The notes: generated from the letters alone by a model not told the origin. A DNA stretch of 64,000 nucleotides from Eledone cirrhosa (GCA_964016885.1 OZ024740.1:331142001-331206000), one strand, 5' to 3'; shown: positions 1 through 13,235, numbered from the stretch's first letter. Numbers and translations are program-made.

Positions 1-2311
1 CTGTAGAAATTCTCTATCGCATATGGATCTGCTAATGTATTATACCTTTAGAATTAACTCGTTGTATTGCGTAACTGTATTAAATATGTAAAAAGGAATT
101 TCGTGTTATAACCGAATCGAAAAGAAATCAAATAGGTCATCTCCGACACAATCTCTTCGTGTGATATCTTTCAAAATAATATTAAGATTATGTGTCTGCG
201 AGTTCGAAAACTCTAATGTCGAACATATCAATAGTACTGAGATATCAATGTTAGAAATGAGCGTTCATATTACACTAGATGTTTGAAATATTGTTCCGTA
301 TTATATGTCATCTTGATCTTAGCATGTTTCTCTGTTATTTTGAAAACACAAAAAAAAGTATGTAATACATGTTCTAATGGAAACATTATCTCTTTATTTA
401 TATTTGATATGTATGTGTTTCACAAATATTTCATAAATAGTTAGTGCTAAGTTGAAATGTATATCAAAAGCTAAGGAGTACTTGTCAAAGATTACCACTA
501 CCCTTTGTGCCACATCATTGTAATATCTGAACATCACACCTTGAATTTTATATATTGCTTTTATGCTAATACTCTGCATTGAAATTCTTATTAAACCTAC
601 TGAAGTAGTTACATGCATCATACCATTTACTTTTTAATGCATATATATTTATGAAAATATAAGATGTTAGTCTACGATTCTGAAAATAAAATGAAAGTTA
701 TGGGTGTAATCATGAAGCAATTTACACAGTTGAGGATATTCATAAATTAACAATCGATATTAACGTTTTTACTTGCAGTGATGGATGGAAGAATGTGCAG
801 AAGGTTGAATAAATTGTTTCAAATATTCTCTTCAAACGTCAATTATGTATAATTTGAATTACATCTGTGGAGTTGATGTATTTTGGGGATGTCATGCATT
901 CGAATAAATTGAATTCATTTGTTTTTATACGGATGTATTTTGGTTTAAAGATTATAAAGGCAGATGAAAAAAAACCCGCTAAATGGAAAGAGAAACAAGG
1001 ATTGATGGATAACGTGCAATCTTATCCATCATACAAAACATTTAAATCGCAACTGAATACATATCTCTCTAGCAACCGATAGCAAGGAACAGCATAAACT
1101 ACAACAAATGCTGAGACTGCAGGCATTAATTCACTGGCTCTCGAACAGAGGGTAACACGTATAACGAAAAACTAGCACCATTTGTAAAAGGAAAAAAAAA
1201 ACATTTGACTACTTTACATACAGAGATTAGTCGCATAAATCACAGTCCATTCAACTCTAAGCCAACGCTACCGTAGCTTTAATCGTAACCCTGACATTAT
1301 CAAGGTTTTAGCAAAATATATTATATCATACTGAAATAAATATGAATCGGATGATTATAGGAAGAAATTAGGTGCAATTGCCCAACAGTTCAATATTATT
1401 TTATTGATTCTCTTTTACCTATGAACATATTAATATTTGTATGGGTATTATTGCAATGTAAGATGCCCAGTTAATCACATCAGCATTTCGTTTTAATGTT
1501 TCGATTTTGTAATGCCATGTACGGCCCAGGTTTTCAATTTCCTACTGCTTAAGAAGACGGTTTCTTCAATAACATTTTATTCAATAATTAAACGGCTTCA
1601 ATTGATGGAATAAGAGACATCAATATCAGGCTGTGATTATAATAGAAAATATATAACAGAAACGTGTGAAAGAGTTAACCTTAACGTATCTAAAACAGTT
1701 GGATAAAGACTGACAAATTATTCGATAACTTGCAGAAACATTCATTACTCAATTTAAGTATATCAATGTAATATTTAAATATATCAATGTAGTAGTATCA
1801 TGAGAAATGAGTAGTATTTTCCAAATGTATATCCTTTGTCGTTATTCATAGAAATATATTTCCCTGCAAAGTGAATCAACTAACCTAATTAACTACAGGA
1901 ATTTCATTAATTCTCTCCCCAAAGAAGTTTGGGATCACAAAGAGATCATCTAAAAGAGGAATGTCAATCAACTCTGAGGATTTAGAATATATCGTTTTTC
2001 CTCGTCATGTTTCTTAAGTTTCTTCACCAAACTAACAGCCATGTAATCATAGGAGGGAATGTATTATGAAGGTTAATAATTTTACAAAAACGCTTATTTG
2101 CAATGCATGTTTTTACATGCGATGCATAAATCATTCAGTCGTAATTTTGATGATCTAGCATTAACTTGTTTCTATTCAAATTACATCGCACCGGACCACC
2201 CAATTCGGTGAATAAAACACAAACGCACGCATACCAACGATATATATATATAACACATATGCAACATTTTATTAGCGCCTTACCATGTATTAAACAAATG
2301 TTTGCCGCTCT

Positions 2312-2375
<64 letters not shown>

Positions 2376-2381
<6 letters not shown>

Positions 2382-2673
2382 ATAATAATAAATTTGAAAA
2401 CTAAAATCCAAAGAGGGTTCGATAAGGATAAATATATGTCAAATATATAAGAAACGTATTTGCGTGTAATTGTTCTCACCGCTTCAGATAATGACGTATT
2501 ATCTTCGTTTGTTTCTGTCCATTGCCAGGGAACCAAAGTATCGTCTTCCTGTTTTCCTTCGGTTGCAACGTTTTTCGAAATAATTACTTTTGCATTCACA
2601 GATTGATTTTTTTAGTTTGAGAAGATCCCGTTAAGAGTGAAAGCAACGATTCTTTGCCAAAACTTTAATCTGT

Positions 2674-2680
<7 letters not shown>
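2376..2680 (+). mobile_element. PLE-like terminus, 'family A', with 5' inverted segment
   Basis: 2455-2680 matches 4725-4960; 2376-2453 is the reverse complement of the family 3' end (4981-5058); flanked on both sides by (TA)n. Confidence 0.6.
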
Positions 2681-2704
<24 letters not shown>

Positions 2705-2867
2705 CCGCTGAACTCAGCAAATTACAAGAAGTCCATTTTGGGTCTATCATTCGTCGTTTGTCTCATTGAGGGAGCAGGGTGCAGCCGTTATCAATTCGAT
2801 TTGTATAGCCACATGGCAAAACAGCATCGGTTAATTTCGCAAATATTATATATAATGTTTGCGAAAA

Positions 2868-3043
2868 GGCGGTGGATTGGTAGAGGGTCGGACGCCATGC
2901 TTTGACACATAGAATTACCTCCCTTTATGATCTGAGTTCAAATCCCGCCGTGGTTAACTTTGCCTTTCACCCTTACGGGGTCGATAAAATAAAGTACTAG
3001 TAATACACTGGATTATTGTTGGCCTCTTGCCAAATGTAGAAAC

Positions 3044-3048
<5 letters not shown>
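2868..3048 (+). mobile_element. tRNA-derived SINE with Nin/Deu-type core
   Basis: B-box-like GAGTTCAAATCCC; core GCCTTTCACCCTTACGGGGTCGATAAAATAAAGTAC; tail GTAGAAACAATT; 5 homologous copies in window. Confidence 0.85.
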
Positions 3049-3141
<93 letters not shown>

Positions 3142-3281
3142 AAATGTAATCTGGGTTTTTCGCATATTAGTAATAAAATTCGATTCGTTTGCAATGATGC
3201 AAGCAAGTCCCAATTTTATAGCCATGTCAGTAGAATGAACCCTTTACTCTTGCTCTTGTGTTGTTATTATATTGTGTTTTT

Positions 3282-3321
<40 letters not shown>

Positions 3322-3529
3322 AGTGTGTGTGTATATATATGTTTGTGTGTATATGTGTGTATGTGTGTCGATGACCAGTGTATATAGATCACACACACAC
3401 ATACAGACGCACATATATACGTTGTCTACAAATGTAAAGTTGAAACACCCATGTCCCGTAGGGCCTACATATAGATTCATGATACATAACCGCCAATAGA
3501 TTTATGATTCATAACCGCCAATAGATTCA

Positions 3530-3830
3530 TGCAGCGTCTTTTCATGAACCCCACATTCTTTTCGTAACCTTTTAAGAAGGAATATGACGTCACTTTCAGC
3601 TTATAGCTGGAGTCTAAAAGACAACCACAACCAATATAAGTTTTACTGGGAGATCCTAGCTAGGGCTAGATCGTATAATGGAAATACAAGACCATGTGAC
3701 CTCTGCGCCGCTAAGGCCCTGGAAATACTCTACGCCCAAAACCACATCTTAAACAAAAAAATCTAAGGCAATTTCGCCTTGTAAACATAAATTGCACAAA
3801 ACCTTCCTGTATTACAGCTCCACATTATAC
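3530..3830 (+). pseudogene. PLE GIY-YIG endonuclease C-terminal fragment
   Basis: WSLKD..YWEILARARSY..CDLC..ILNKK matches the C-terminal pattern of the other PLE ORFs in the window. Confidence 0.7.
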
Positions 3831-4504
3831 ACTAAAGGATAGTACGAACTATACACGGATATTTTACGTCTTGATGTGATAGCTAAGTATATGTTATATT
3901 TATACCATTACTTATTTTTATAGGTAAGTATATATTACCCGTATGTTTTGTGAAGGTACGTATACTTTCTCGTACGTATATTTGATTGTATATGTTATGG
4001 CGTATATATTATATATTCTGGTACATATGATTTGGTTATGTGTATACGTGAGTTTTGCGTCTGTGTCAGTATGGGGGTTCGTACGTATGTAGGGTGTACT
4101 TTGTGTTTTGGTTGCCATACGTCTCCGAACATATGTGTATTTACATGTAAGTATGTGTGTGCGCATTTTATATACGTATTTATTTATTTATATACGTTTA
4201 TTTAATTATATGTATACACGCACACACACACACACACACACATACACACACATATATATATATATTTTTTTTTTTTTGAAATATATATTTTATGTCTATT
4301 TGGTGTATACATTCGTATGCGTGCGGGTACAGGCGTTGCGTGGGTTCTGTACGTGCGTGCTGTTTTTTTTTTGGTGTGTACGTGCGTGTATTTGTATCCC
4401 TATGGCGTGTGTTTTCGCGTATGCTTGTGTATGTACGTATATGGATGCGTGTATGTATTTATTTAATCTCAATTACCTCTGTATTTTATTTACTTTATTC
4501 TTAA

Positions 4505-5052
4505 CTCTGAAGCCGGGAATCATTCGGTTTCCTAGTTAGAATTTTAGTCTACGACTTCAGTTATACCTTTTACGTGGTTTTGTCGTTGCGTGCAATCGTT
4601 CTCCACGCTCCACATATGACGTATTATCTTCGATTTTTACCGCTCATTGCCAGGCAACGTTTCTATGAACCACCTAATAGAATATTAGACTACGACTTCT
4701 TTTATACCTTAAACGTGGTTTTGTCTTTGCGTGTAATTGTTTTTCACCGCTCCTATTAATGACGTATTATATACGTTTTTAGCCGTTCTTTGCCAGGGAA
4801 CGTTTCCACGAACCATAGTATCGTCTTCTTGTCTTCCTCCGGTTGCAACGTTTTTTGAAATATTCACTTCTGCGTTCACAGATTGACTTTGATAATTTCA
4901 GAAGATCCCTTTTAAGGGTGAAAGCAGCGATTCTTTGCTTAAACTTTAATCTGTTATTTTAATAAATATTTGCTCTACGGTTCTTATATATTTGATATAT
5001 ATTTATCCTTATCGAGCCCTCTTTGGATTTTAGTCTTCAAATTTATTATTAT

Positions 5053-5058
<6 letters not shown>
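4505..5058 (+). mobile_element. 'family A' 3' region with internal ~140-bp tandem duplication
   Basis: 4538-4677 and 4678-4815 are diverged copies; 3' end shared with 2376-2453, 23558-23713 and 24279-24368; ends in (TA)n. Confidence 0.6.
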
Positions 5059-5083
<25 letters not shown>

Positions 5084-5145
5084 CTGCTCTACTCTTGGAT
5101 ATTTCCACTTAACTTTTACTTCAGTACATCTATATATATATGTGT

Positions 5146-5190
<45 letters not shown>

Positions 5191-5678
5191 TGTGTGTCTG
5201 TGTCTGTGTCTGTATCTGTAATCTATATACACTGGTCATAGACACACACACATATACACACAAACATGTATACACACACACACTCACATATATATAGAGC
5301 AACACTATCAACACTCTCTCTTTCATTCACCTTCTCTGTCGCCTCTCCAACTATCTATGGCTTTCTTTCAATCTACACGCTGAAAACGTTTCACTCTATC
5401 CTTCTCTCCTCTATCCTTCTCTATCTCTCTGTTTATGAAGGTACCAAGAACACCCGATATCTCGGGAAACCGTGCTTCGATTTACGCGAAACTGTTTTTT
5501 TTCTCCATCAGTATTCCTATTTCGGCTCCTTTCAAAGTATTTTCCCATTATGGTCGTTTTTGGCTCCATTTCATTACAGGCACGCAAGCAAGCAAGGAAG
5601 CAATCATAGAATGTTAGTACTATATAGATAGATTGATATCCGAACAAATCTTCAAAATACTCATTTGTGTACATGATG

Positions 5679-5717
<39 letters not shown>

Positions 5718-5722
<5 letters not shown>

Positions 5723-6013
5723 AAAAAGAGACGAAATCGAAAATGCAACTGGAGTCTTATTTTTAAAAAAAATATATATATTTATTTGGTTCCTTTACCG
5801 GTTTCGCAGTTCTTCTGCTTTTCAAAAGGTGAGTTGATATTGAGGGTCTGTGGTTATTCTCAGATGTGAGAAAAACCACAGACCCTCCATCTCAACTCAC
5901 CTTTTGAAAAGCAGAAGAACTGCGAAACCGGTAAAGGAACCAAATAAATATATATATTTTTTTTTTAAATAAGACTCCAGTTGCATTTTCGATGTCATCT
6001 CTTTTTCTTTATA
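5718..6013. repeat. long fold-back palindrome (~145-bp arms, 4-nt loop)
   Basis: arms nearly perfectly complementary around TTCTCA-gatg-TGAGAA (5857-5872); contains HHR 3' half GAAACCGGTA. Confidence 0.9.
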
Positions 6014-6126
6014 CTTTCACTCGTGTAGGACACCTCGGTTATTTTTCAATTTGTAAAAAAAAACTCACTTTCTAATATGTATATATATGAAATATAAGAA
6101 TCAAAGGACTGTTCAAAACATTATTG

Positions 6127-6173
6127 TGCTTACAGCTGTTTCCTCCAAACCGAGGTTTGGATTCTTCGGAGCA
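6127..6173 (-). ncRNA. minimal type I hammerhead ribozyme (CCGAAGA core variant)
   Basis: inverted copy of 8263-8309. Confidence 0.7.
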
Positions 6174-8262
6174 ATTTATTAATGCATGGACAGTTATATG
6201 ACTTCCTTTTCAGCCGAGAGACATACCGATACATATTCAAACATTGTGGGTCAACATTCATTACATAATTTAGAGTGGCAGTACACACTTCGAGATTACA
6301 TTTATATTAAGAGGTACAATCAAAAATCAAAAATACAGGTTAAAATACAACATGAAGATAAGCGGTTATATAGTGCAAATGTTATATGTGTGGCACGCAT
6401 GTGCGTCTTGTTTATATAGTGTGGCAGAGAGATATGTGTGGTAGAGGCACTTAGGTAGGTAATCATGAGTGTTAGGTTGGTAGATCTGGTGGCAAATTCT
6501 TTATATAGTCTGTGTGTGGAGAAATGTTATAAGCATTAAAAATAGTGCAAGCATTAAAAGTGTTAAAAGTATTGGAGATGCACACTATCTAAAAACTAAA
6601 AATAAACCATACACACTCAAATGGGAAGTGATAGGCAGCGCGAGCTCGTACAAACCACCTAATACATTTTGTAACCTCTGTATACTAGAGACACACAATA
6701 TTATCTTCTCCAACCGTAACCTACTTAACAAAAAATCTGAGGTGTTTGCAACTTGCCAGCACCGCTTCAGACATTCCTTCCAAAACTTTAAGCCCAACAT
6801 GTAGCAATGTCGGACTGGAACCTAACACCACATCTAGCATCAAACACCAGAGACACACCTTATACTTCATACCCAACTCTAACTGATCTAATATAACACA
6901 AACAACGACATCCCTCTGGAACCCTTCGCAGGGAGAATACCCATTTATACCTCTACGTCAGGTGTGACAACATCTACCCACTTGAACGGCACTACACCGC
7001 TCTAAGGGTAATTTGAGCATGAATTGATCGGTTGGATAGTGTTGTGCAGAGGAAACACCTTCCTTAGACAGATGAAAAACGATTTAATCTAGTAACGCTG
7101 TTGAGCAGTAGGACCAGGCTGCTGAGCGCAGTGAGTGAATGCATTGCAACTGCCGTGCGGGTTGTACATATATGGATGATCTGACGGTCAGAGAGGGGTC
7201 GCGAGGACTGCGGATTGACCTCTGGCCGGCCTGGGGATGATTATCTTTCGACATCCAATGTAGCAAGCGATGACCCAGAACTTACCAGAGATCATTGGGT
7301 CCTGAAGCAATCCTGCAATCACCGCGCCTGGTCCTATGAGTAGACTACAACCACAGAGATCATTAATTTAGAATCCTCGCTCATCATCTATAATTTCCAT
7401 TTGTGGCACCTTACGATGGGTTAATCCACCATAATAATATGATCACCTTCAGCATAACTTAATTAAACTACTCTATAGTTAATACACTTTATGCTTTAAC
7501 AATTTTATTTGGAGGATGCGCATCACCCTAGAAATTAGGTTCTATATTGTGACACATTTTAATAGCAAGGTATAGAAACCCCGGAGTTACCTCCCCGCAT
7601 GCATTAACTCCCCTTAGCCACACACACACTTCCGGGTGGTATTCAATGGCGTTTCTCGAAACGTAACAGCCTCCTGTATTGAACTAAAGAACACCAGACT
7701 ATGATCTCTAACTGGATTGTCAAATGCTCAATATCGAATTGTCGTGGATTATGTGAGGGGCATATAATCGAAAAATACACTCCCCCTGACCATGAAAATG
7801 TCGAAGTACATGAAATACTTGACAGCCCTTCGCTGTGGATCTCCAATACTTTTAACACTTTTAATGCTTGCACTATTTTTAATGCTTATAACATTTCTCC
7901 ACACACAGACTATATAAAGAATTTGCCACCAGATCTACCAACCTAACACTCATGTTTACCTACCTAAGTGACTCTACCACACATATCTCTCTGCCACACT
8001 ATATAAACAAGACGCACATGCGTGCCACACATATAACATTTGCACTATATAACCGCTTATCTTCATGTTGTATTTTAACCTGTATTTTTGATTTTTGATT
8101 GTACCTCTTAATATAAATGTAATCTCGAAGTGTGTACTGCCACTCTAAATTATGTAATGAATGTTGACCCACAATGTTTGAATATGTATCAATGTTTGAA
8201 TATGTATCGGTATGTCTCTCGGCTGAAAAGGAGGTCATATAACTGTCCATGCATCAATAAAT

Positions 8263-8309
8263 TGCTCCGAAGAATCCAAACCTCGGTTTGGAGGAAACAG
8301 CTGTAAGCA
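8263..8309 (+). ncRNA. minimal type I hammerhead ribozyme (CCGAAGA core variant)
   Basis: tgct-CCGAAGA-a-tccaaac/ctcg/gtttgga-g-GAAAC-agct-GTA-agca; palindromic stem III acagctgt. Confidence 0.7.
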
Positions 8310-8533
8310 CAATAATGTTTTGAACAGTTCTTTGATTCTTATATTTCATAGAACTGCTCTGTAAATCATCTGATGTTTTTACATTGAGCTACTTAACTTA
8401 CTGGTAATAAGGTAGTAATACATTTCTGCCTACCACTATTTAGGGTGTGTGTAAAATACTTATAACTGCATAAGGTTTTGTATTTACATAACCATAAATA
8501 GTATAACTAATACTATATATATATATATATATT

Positions 8534-8795
8534 CTAAGGCGGGTAAAATTCCTGAGATCCACGGACGAGTTCTCTCCAGCGGTCGCTGTCCCTCATTATC
8601 GCTGCCATGTCCTGCGTCTCCAACAGACCAGTGTCTGTCCTTAGAGCATCAACATACGTTAACCTTGGTCTTCCACTGCTAGTGTGTCCGTGTAGGGGCT
8701 CCCAAAGGAGCACTGAGTGCAATGCGAACTCTGGATGTCGGTGAGCATGTCCAGCTAACCTCAGTCTCCTCTGTGTCACTTTTGAGCTGACCTTT
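8534..8795 (-). pseudogene. 3' end of RTE/RTEX-like non-LTR retrotransposon ORF
   Basis: RRLRLAGH..R...LLWEP..G...GRPR.TY.D.L..D....M.D..RWR C-terminal signature. Confidence 0.75.
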
Positions 8796-8916
8796 ATAGG
8801 AAATTGTTCAAGACACCGATGGTAGAGCTCAAGCCGTTTCGACGGCTATTTCTGGACTCGAAATAGCCGTCGAAACGGCTTCAGCTCTACCGTCGGTGTC
8901 TTGAACATTTTCCTAT
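8796..8916. repeat. fold-back palindrome (~57-bp arms) built from an HHR 3' half
   Basis: arms complementary around loop 8853-8859; sequence homologous to the HHR at 45747-45840. Confidence 0.85.
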
Positions 8917-8992
8917 TACCTACTCTATTACCCTAAGTGTTGAGTACTCAGGTGCGTTGTGGTCCACCTGATTCCTGACCACACCTCCTTCC

Positions 8993-9077
<85 letters not shown>

Positions 9078-9080
<3 letters not shown>

Positions 9081-10266
9081 ACAAACACTTCCCTAGTTCC
9101 CAATGTACTGCAGTACTTGAATCGAACGACCAGAAATGGTATTATATCGGATCTACCACCACATCGTTTAAATCTCGCCGGTACCGTCATCGATTCTCAA
9201 TCAAACATCCGAATCACCGTTTTGTGACCACGCTCGCCAACAAGACCTGGCAACTCCGTGAACACAACCAACAGTTCACCTTAAAATGGGATATACTTTC
9301 CAGCGCAAGTGCATATCGGAGTGGATTGAAGTACTGCAGGTTATGTAACCTTGAGCTCTTTTACATATTAAAATCCAAAAACAAACTACTTAACGATAGA
9401 ATTGAACGATCATTATATTGCAACCACAAACTAAAAGCTAAATTCTCTCACTATAAAATAACTTAACATTCGAACCCGTAACTATAACACCGCTTTCTAG
9501 CTAACAACCTTCTCTTCCCCCCACACTACAAGACAATACACTGCTTATCACTATACATGGTAACTCAGTGCAATTCCTAGATTACTACTACAAACCCAAA
9601 GTTCACTCACCACACAATCTTTGTCTGTCCCCTCTCTACCTATCTCTCTCTACATCCATTACACTCACTCTCTCTCACCTTTGGCCTACCTCCCTCTCAA
9701 CATCTATGAACCTGCCCTCTGGGGCAATAAATAATTCCGACCTTAACTATCAACGCATCTCTCCAAAAGTAACCAGTATAATAAAACCCCTACCATAACA
9801 TTTTGATTAAGATATCTACAAGCCACTCTCTCCTACTTCTCCAACCCCTGCATATCTTTCTTTCTCTCTCCCTCTTCCCTACTTTTGTCTCTTCCTTTTC
9901 TACTCTATCTTCCCCAACAACCCCACTTAAGGGTATTTACATTGTACATTTTACCCTTCTGCTCTGAGGAAACAGTGGTCACAGCATTGGAAATTTGAGT
10001 TCTGCAAGTACTTGTGAATTTGCACGTAGCATAACTAGGCTGCAGTACCACCGTGGAAACACTTGTAAGCACACGGAATAAATTACCTTTTTATGATGTC
10101 TACCTGTTATTATTCATTCTTTATATACACTCCGGAATACTGAAGGATCAGGAAATAAGTTTCTTCAACAATTCTTCCATAACTCGTAGAGTAACCTCTT
10201 ACCGTACGTCAACCATATCCAGTGTAGTAATTAACCATTACTACATCTTGGATAATCCTATACCTA

Positions 10267-10270
<4 letters not shown>
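9078..10270 (+). mobile_element. 5'-truncated Penelope-like element (GIY-YIG + 3' UTR + HHR)
   Basis: KWYYIGSTTTSFKSR..RH..TTLANK.WQL..KWDIL..CRLCNLE..LLNDR..CNH (to 9466); homologous to 22440-22810; flanked by (TA)n. Confidence 0.85.
9960..10071 (+). ncRNA. type I hammerhead ribozyme with extended stem II
   Basis: tgct-CTGAGGA-(acagtggt...accaccgt)-GAAAC-actt-GTA-agca. Confidence 0.65.
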
Positions 10271-10305
<35 letters not shown>

Positions 10306-12029
10306 ATAGTTGAAACAGTAGACAGAAAACAAAAAAAAGTGAAAGCGATGAGGCAGTACAAATGTTATTCCTAGTTTCACGCTTGAGGGTGGATGGTGGG
10401 GGACGACGTTTCGGGCATAAGCACTTCATCAGGAGATAAGTAGGCAGGAAGAGAGTACCGAGGATGTGTGTGTGGGGGGGGGGGGGCATTAAACAATTAT
10501 TAAAAAAATTGGGGAGAGAAACGGGAGAAAAAGGCATTTTTAGGGAGAGTAAACAAATTAAAAATAAAAAGAAACAAGTGGTGAATGGGTGTGAAGCGAG
10601 TAGGGTTGTTGGTTGGGGGAAGTGGGTGGGGGTTCGATCGGTGAGGGCTGAAGGTGGTCTGTGTATGTGTGTAGGTGCACGCGTGTGTATGTGTGTGTGT
10701 GTGTGTGCGCGTTGATGTGAATGTGAGAGTTGGTGAGGAAGAACGAGGTTCCATATTCCGGTAATAAGGAAACCGGTGTGTACATAGGGTGGGGTGTAAG
10801 TCGGTGTGTGTGCGTGTGGATGGAGAGGGTCAGAGGGGGTGGGGGAGAGGGGGGCGTGTGGAGTCCGGAGGCTGAGTGTGCGTATGTGGGGATATGCAAG
10901 ATGTGTGTGTGTGTGTTTATATGTGGTGTGGATGTATGGTGGCGTGGTGCGAAAATAGTGTGAGTGTTTGTGTGTGTGTGTGTGTTTCTGGGGTTTTTCC
11001 AAAGACTCTGAGATCAGATGTTGGAGATTCTGATCGTGGCAGGATGGTTAGCTGGAGCGATGGATCAGTGGTGTATAATGCTTGTATTTTAGTGCGGAAG
11101 TGAAGTGCGCGCGCAACAGGAAGTTGTCAGAGGGTCAAGGCAGGGCGAAGGAGGTGGGAGGAAGGAGATGGCAGTAGGGAGATGACAGCAGGCAGGGGTG
11201 TGGAGGCTGAGGGGTATAGTGAGATCCGTATGTGGTAGTGAATGTGTGTAAGTGTGTGCGGATTTGCGGTGGACAGGCGAGGGGATGGGTAGGTCTGAAA
11301 GGTGGAGGGAGAGGGTGGTGGTGTGGAGGATTGGTGTGTATATTAGTAGGTGTGTTAGATTGGTGTTTGTAGAGCGGGGAGAGAGAAGGTATTGGGGTCG
11401 GTTGGAGGGAGTGTAGTGTACTTGTGTGTGCGTGTTTGGATATGATTGTGTGGGTGTGTCGTACAGTGGGTGTTGGTATTACTGGTGGTGGTGGGGGGGG
11501 GATGCGGGCGTTGTGGGAGTTAGTGGTGGTAGTGTGTGTATGGAGTGGTGGTGTATCGGTATGTACTTAGGTCTGGGTGAGTGTATGTGTGATGGTGTGT
11601 GTTCTTGTGTGTGTAGTAAGTGGGAAGGTGTGTTGGGAGGTTTAGTAATATTAGTGGCGCGGTCGTCAGATGTGGATCCGTGGTTGGGGGTTAGTGGTGG
11701 AAGTAGGGTGTGTGAATAGTGTTAGTTCGTGTATATATGTACAGGTGAGTGTGTGCATTTTAAGGGTGAAAGCGGGATCTTGGGGAGTGATGGGGATGTT
11801 AGTATTATTAGTTTTGATCAGGGGCAGGTAGGGGTTGTTAGTGTTATTAATTGCCGTGTGGGCCAAGGGCGGGGGGGGCGGTAGTGGAGGGGACGGTGAA
11901 ACTAGTGAGTGTTTTAGTGGTGTTAGTAGGGGATTTGAGTGAAGAATGGGACAGTCGAATGTTAAAGGAAGAGGGGTGGGGAGCTCAGGCCGGGGTGGGG
12001 TGAGTCTGCAGAGTGTATGTATATATATA

Positions 12030-12330
12030 TATATACATACTACTGTACGTCTGTATACTTATATGTATGTACGTGTGCATACTTATATTTAAGTAACAGC
12101 CGTACTAAGAGTGAGAAATGAAATTTCGTTTCATTTTTTCCGTTTATCGTTTTCGGTACCCCGGCCGATTAATTCACTCGATATGCAAATTAGGCTGCTC
12201 AGCCGTTAATATGCATAAGGAAAGTATATACTTTCAGGCGTCAACCATCTGGCAGGAAGGTATACGTTGCTGACGATAGCTAATAAGCTTGAAACTAGTA
12301 CAGCGTTCCTTTGTCAGTGGTGAACAAATG
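12030..12330 (+). mobile_element. short HHR-bearing repeat (homolog at 48160-48490, minus strand)
   Basis: clear nucleotide similarity between the two loci; begins at (TA)n. Confidence 0.75.
12264..12306 (+). ncRNA. minimal type I hammerhead ribozyme
   Basis: acgttg-CTGACGA-t-agc/taataa/gct-t-GAAAC-ta-GTA-cagcgt; palindromic stem III actagt. Confidence 0.85.
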
Positions 12331-13187
12331 ACAAAGTGTATTATATATAGTGTATTATATACAGGTGTATTATATACAGGTGTATTATATATAGTGTAGA
12401 GATAAGCCGGTGGCTTTAAACAATGAACTATTTCATGTACTGTAGGTATGGTGACCGTAAGAATTATTTATTATCTGACAGATGAAATATTTATCACTGT
12501 AGTGAGGATAGTAATATTTGTGGTGTGAGGTTGGTTTAATATTTATGTGGTCTATATTAGATGAAGGAACTGTTAGTTCGAATTATAGGGTTGTTTAGCT
12601 TTCACATCATCAATAACATACATGTATAAGATAACATTAACAGAGTAGAAATATAATAGGCAAGTTAATACAGAGGTTAAGGAGGCAGTATATATATATA
12701 TATATATAAAGAGGAAACATGCTGACTACAATTATAACAGGAGGAAGGTAATGTTCTATTGTAGTAGTATTTGGAAATGTTCTTGGATTTAGGTTCATTT
12801 GTTGAGAGTCAATGGTGAGGAAGTTGTGTCGACAGCAGCTGAGAACGGATATATTTATGGGTTCATAAGGTACTTACAGACATTACTGTGGTATAGAATT
12901 AAGAAGGCTAGAATGTGCTTAATGATTATATTTCTGTGGTGGTCCGTGCAGTATTGTGGATATCCTAAGTAGAAAGCTAAGTTATGTCGGTTCGATTCAC
13001 GGAGGCTTAAATCTTGTGAATTTAGTGGCGATCCTGTGTCGGCAGAAGATTGATCTTTCTAACTTTTTACATTCCTAAAGATATACAGTAGTTCTAGATC
13101 AACTACAATATCATCTGGTCGAGGTTGTCCGTCGCAAGGGCTTACAGTACCGGTATGTCCCACTGTAGGCTCTGTGATCTAGAATTA

Positions 13188-13235
<48 letters not shown>

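Larger units (their letters stand above)
6086..8350 (+). mobile_element. 5'-truncated Penelope-like element with ~0.5-kb inverted terminal repeat
   Basis: 6086-6579 is the reverse complement of 7839-8350; 6580-6804 encodes GIY-YIG C-terminus (YTLKWEVI..FCNLCILE..LLNKKSE..CQH); one HHR in each arm. Confidence 0.85.

Noticed and set aside
2868-2950. tRNA gene
   Set aside because: Only box-like motifs; no cloverleaf; part of a repeated SINE
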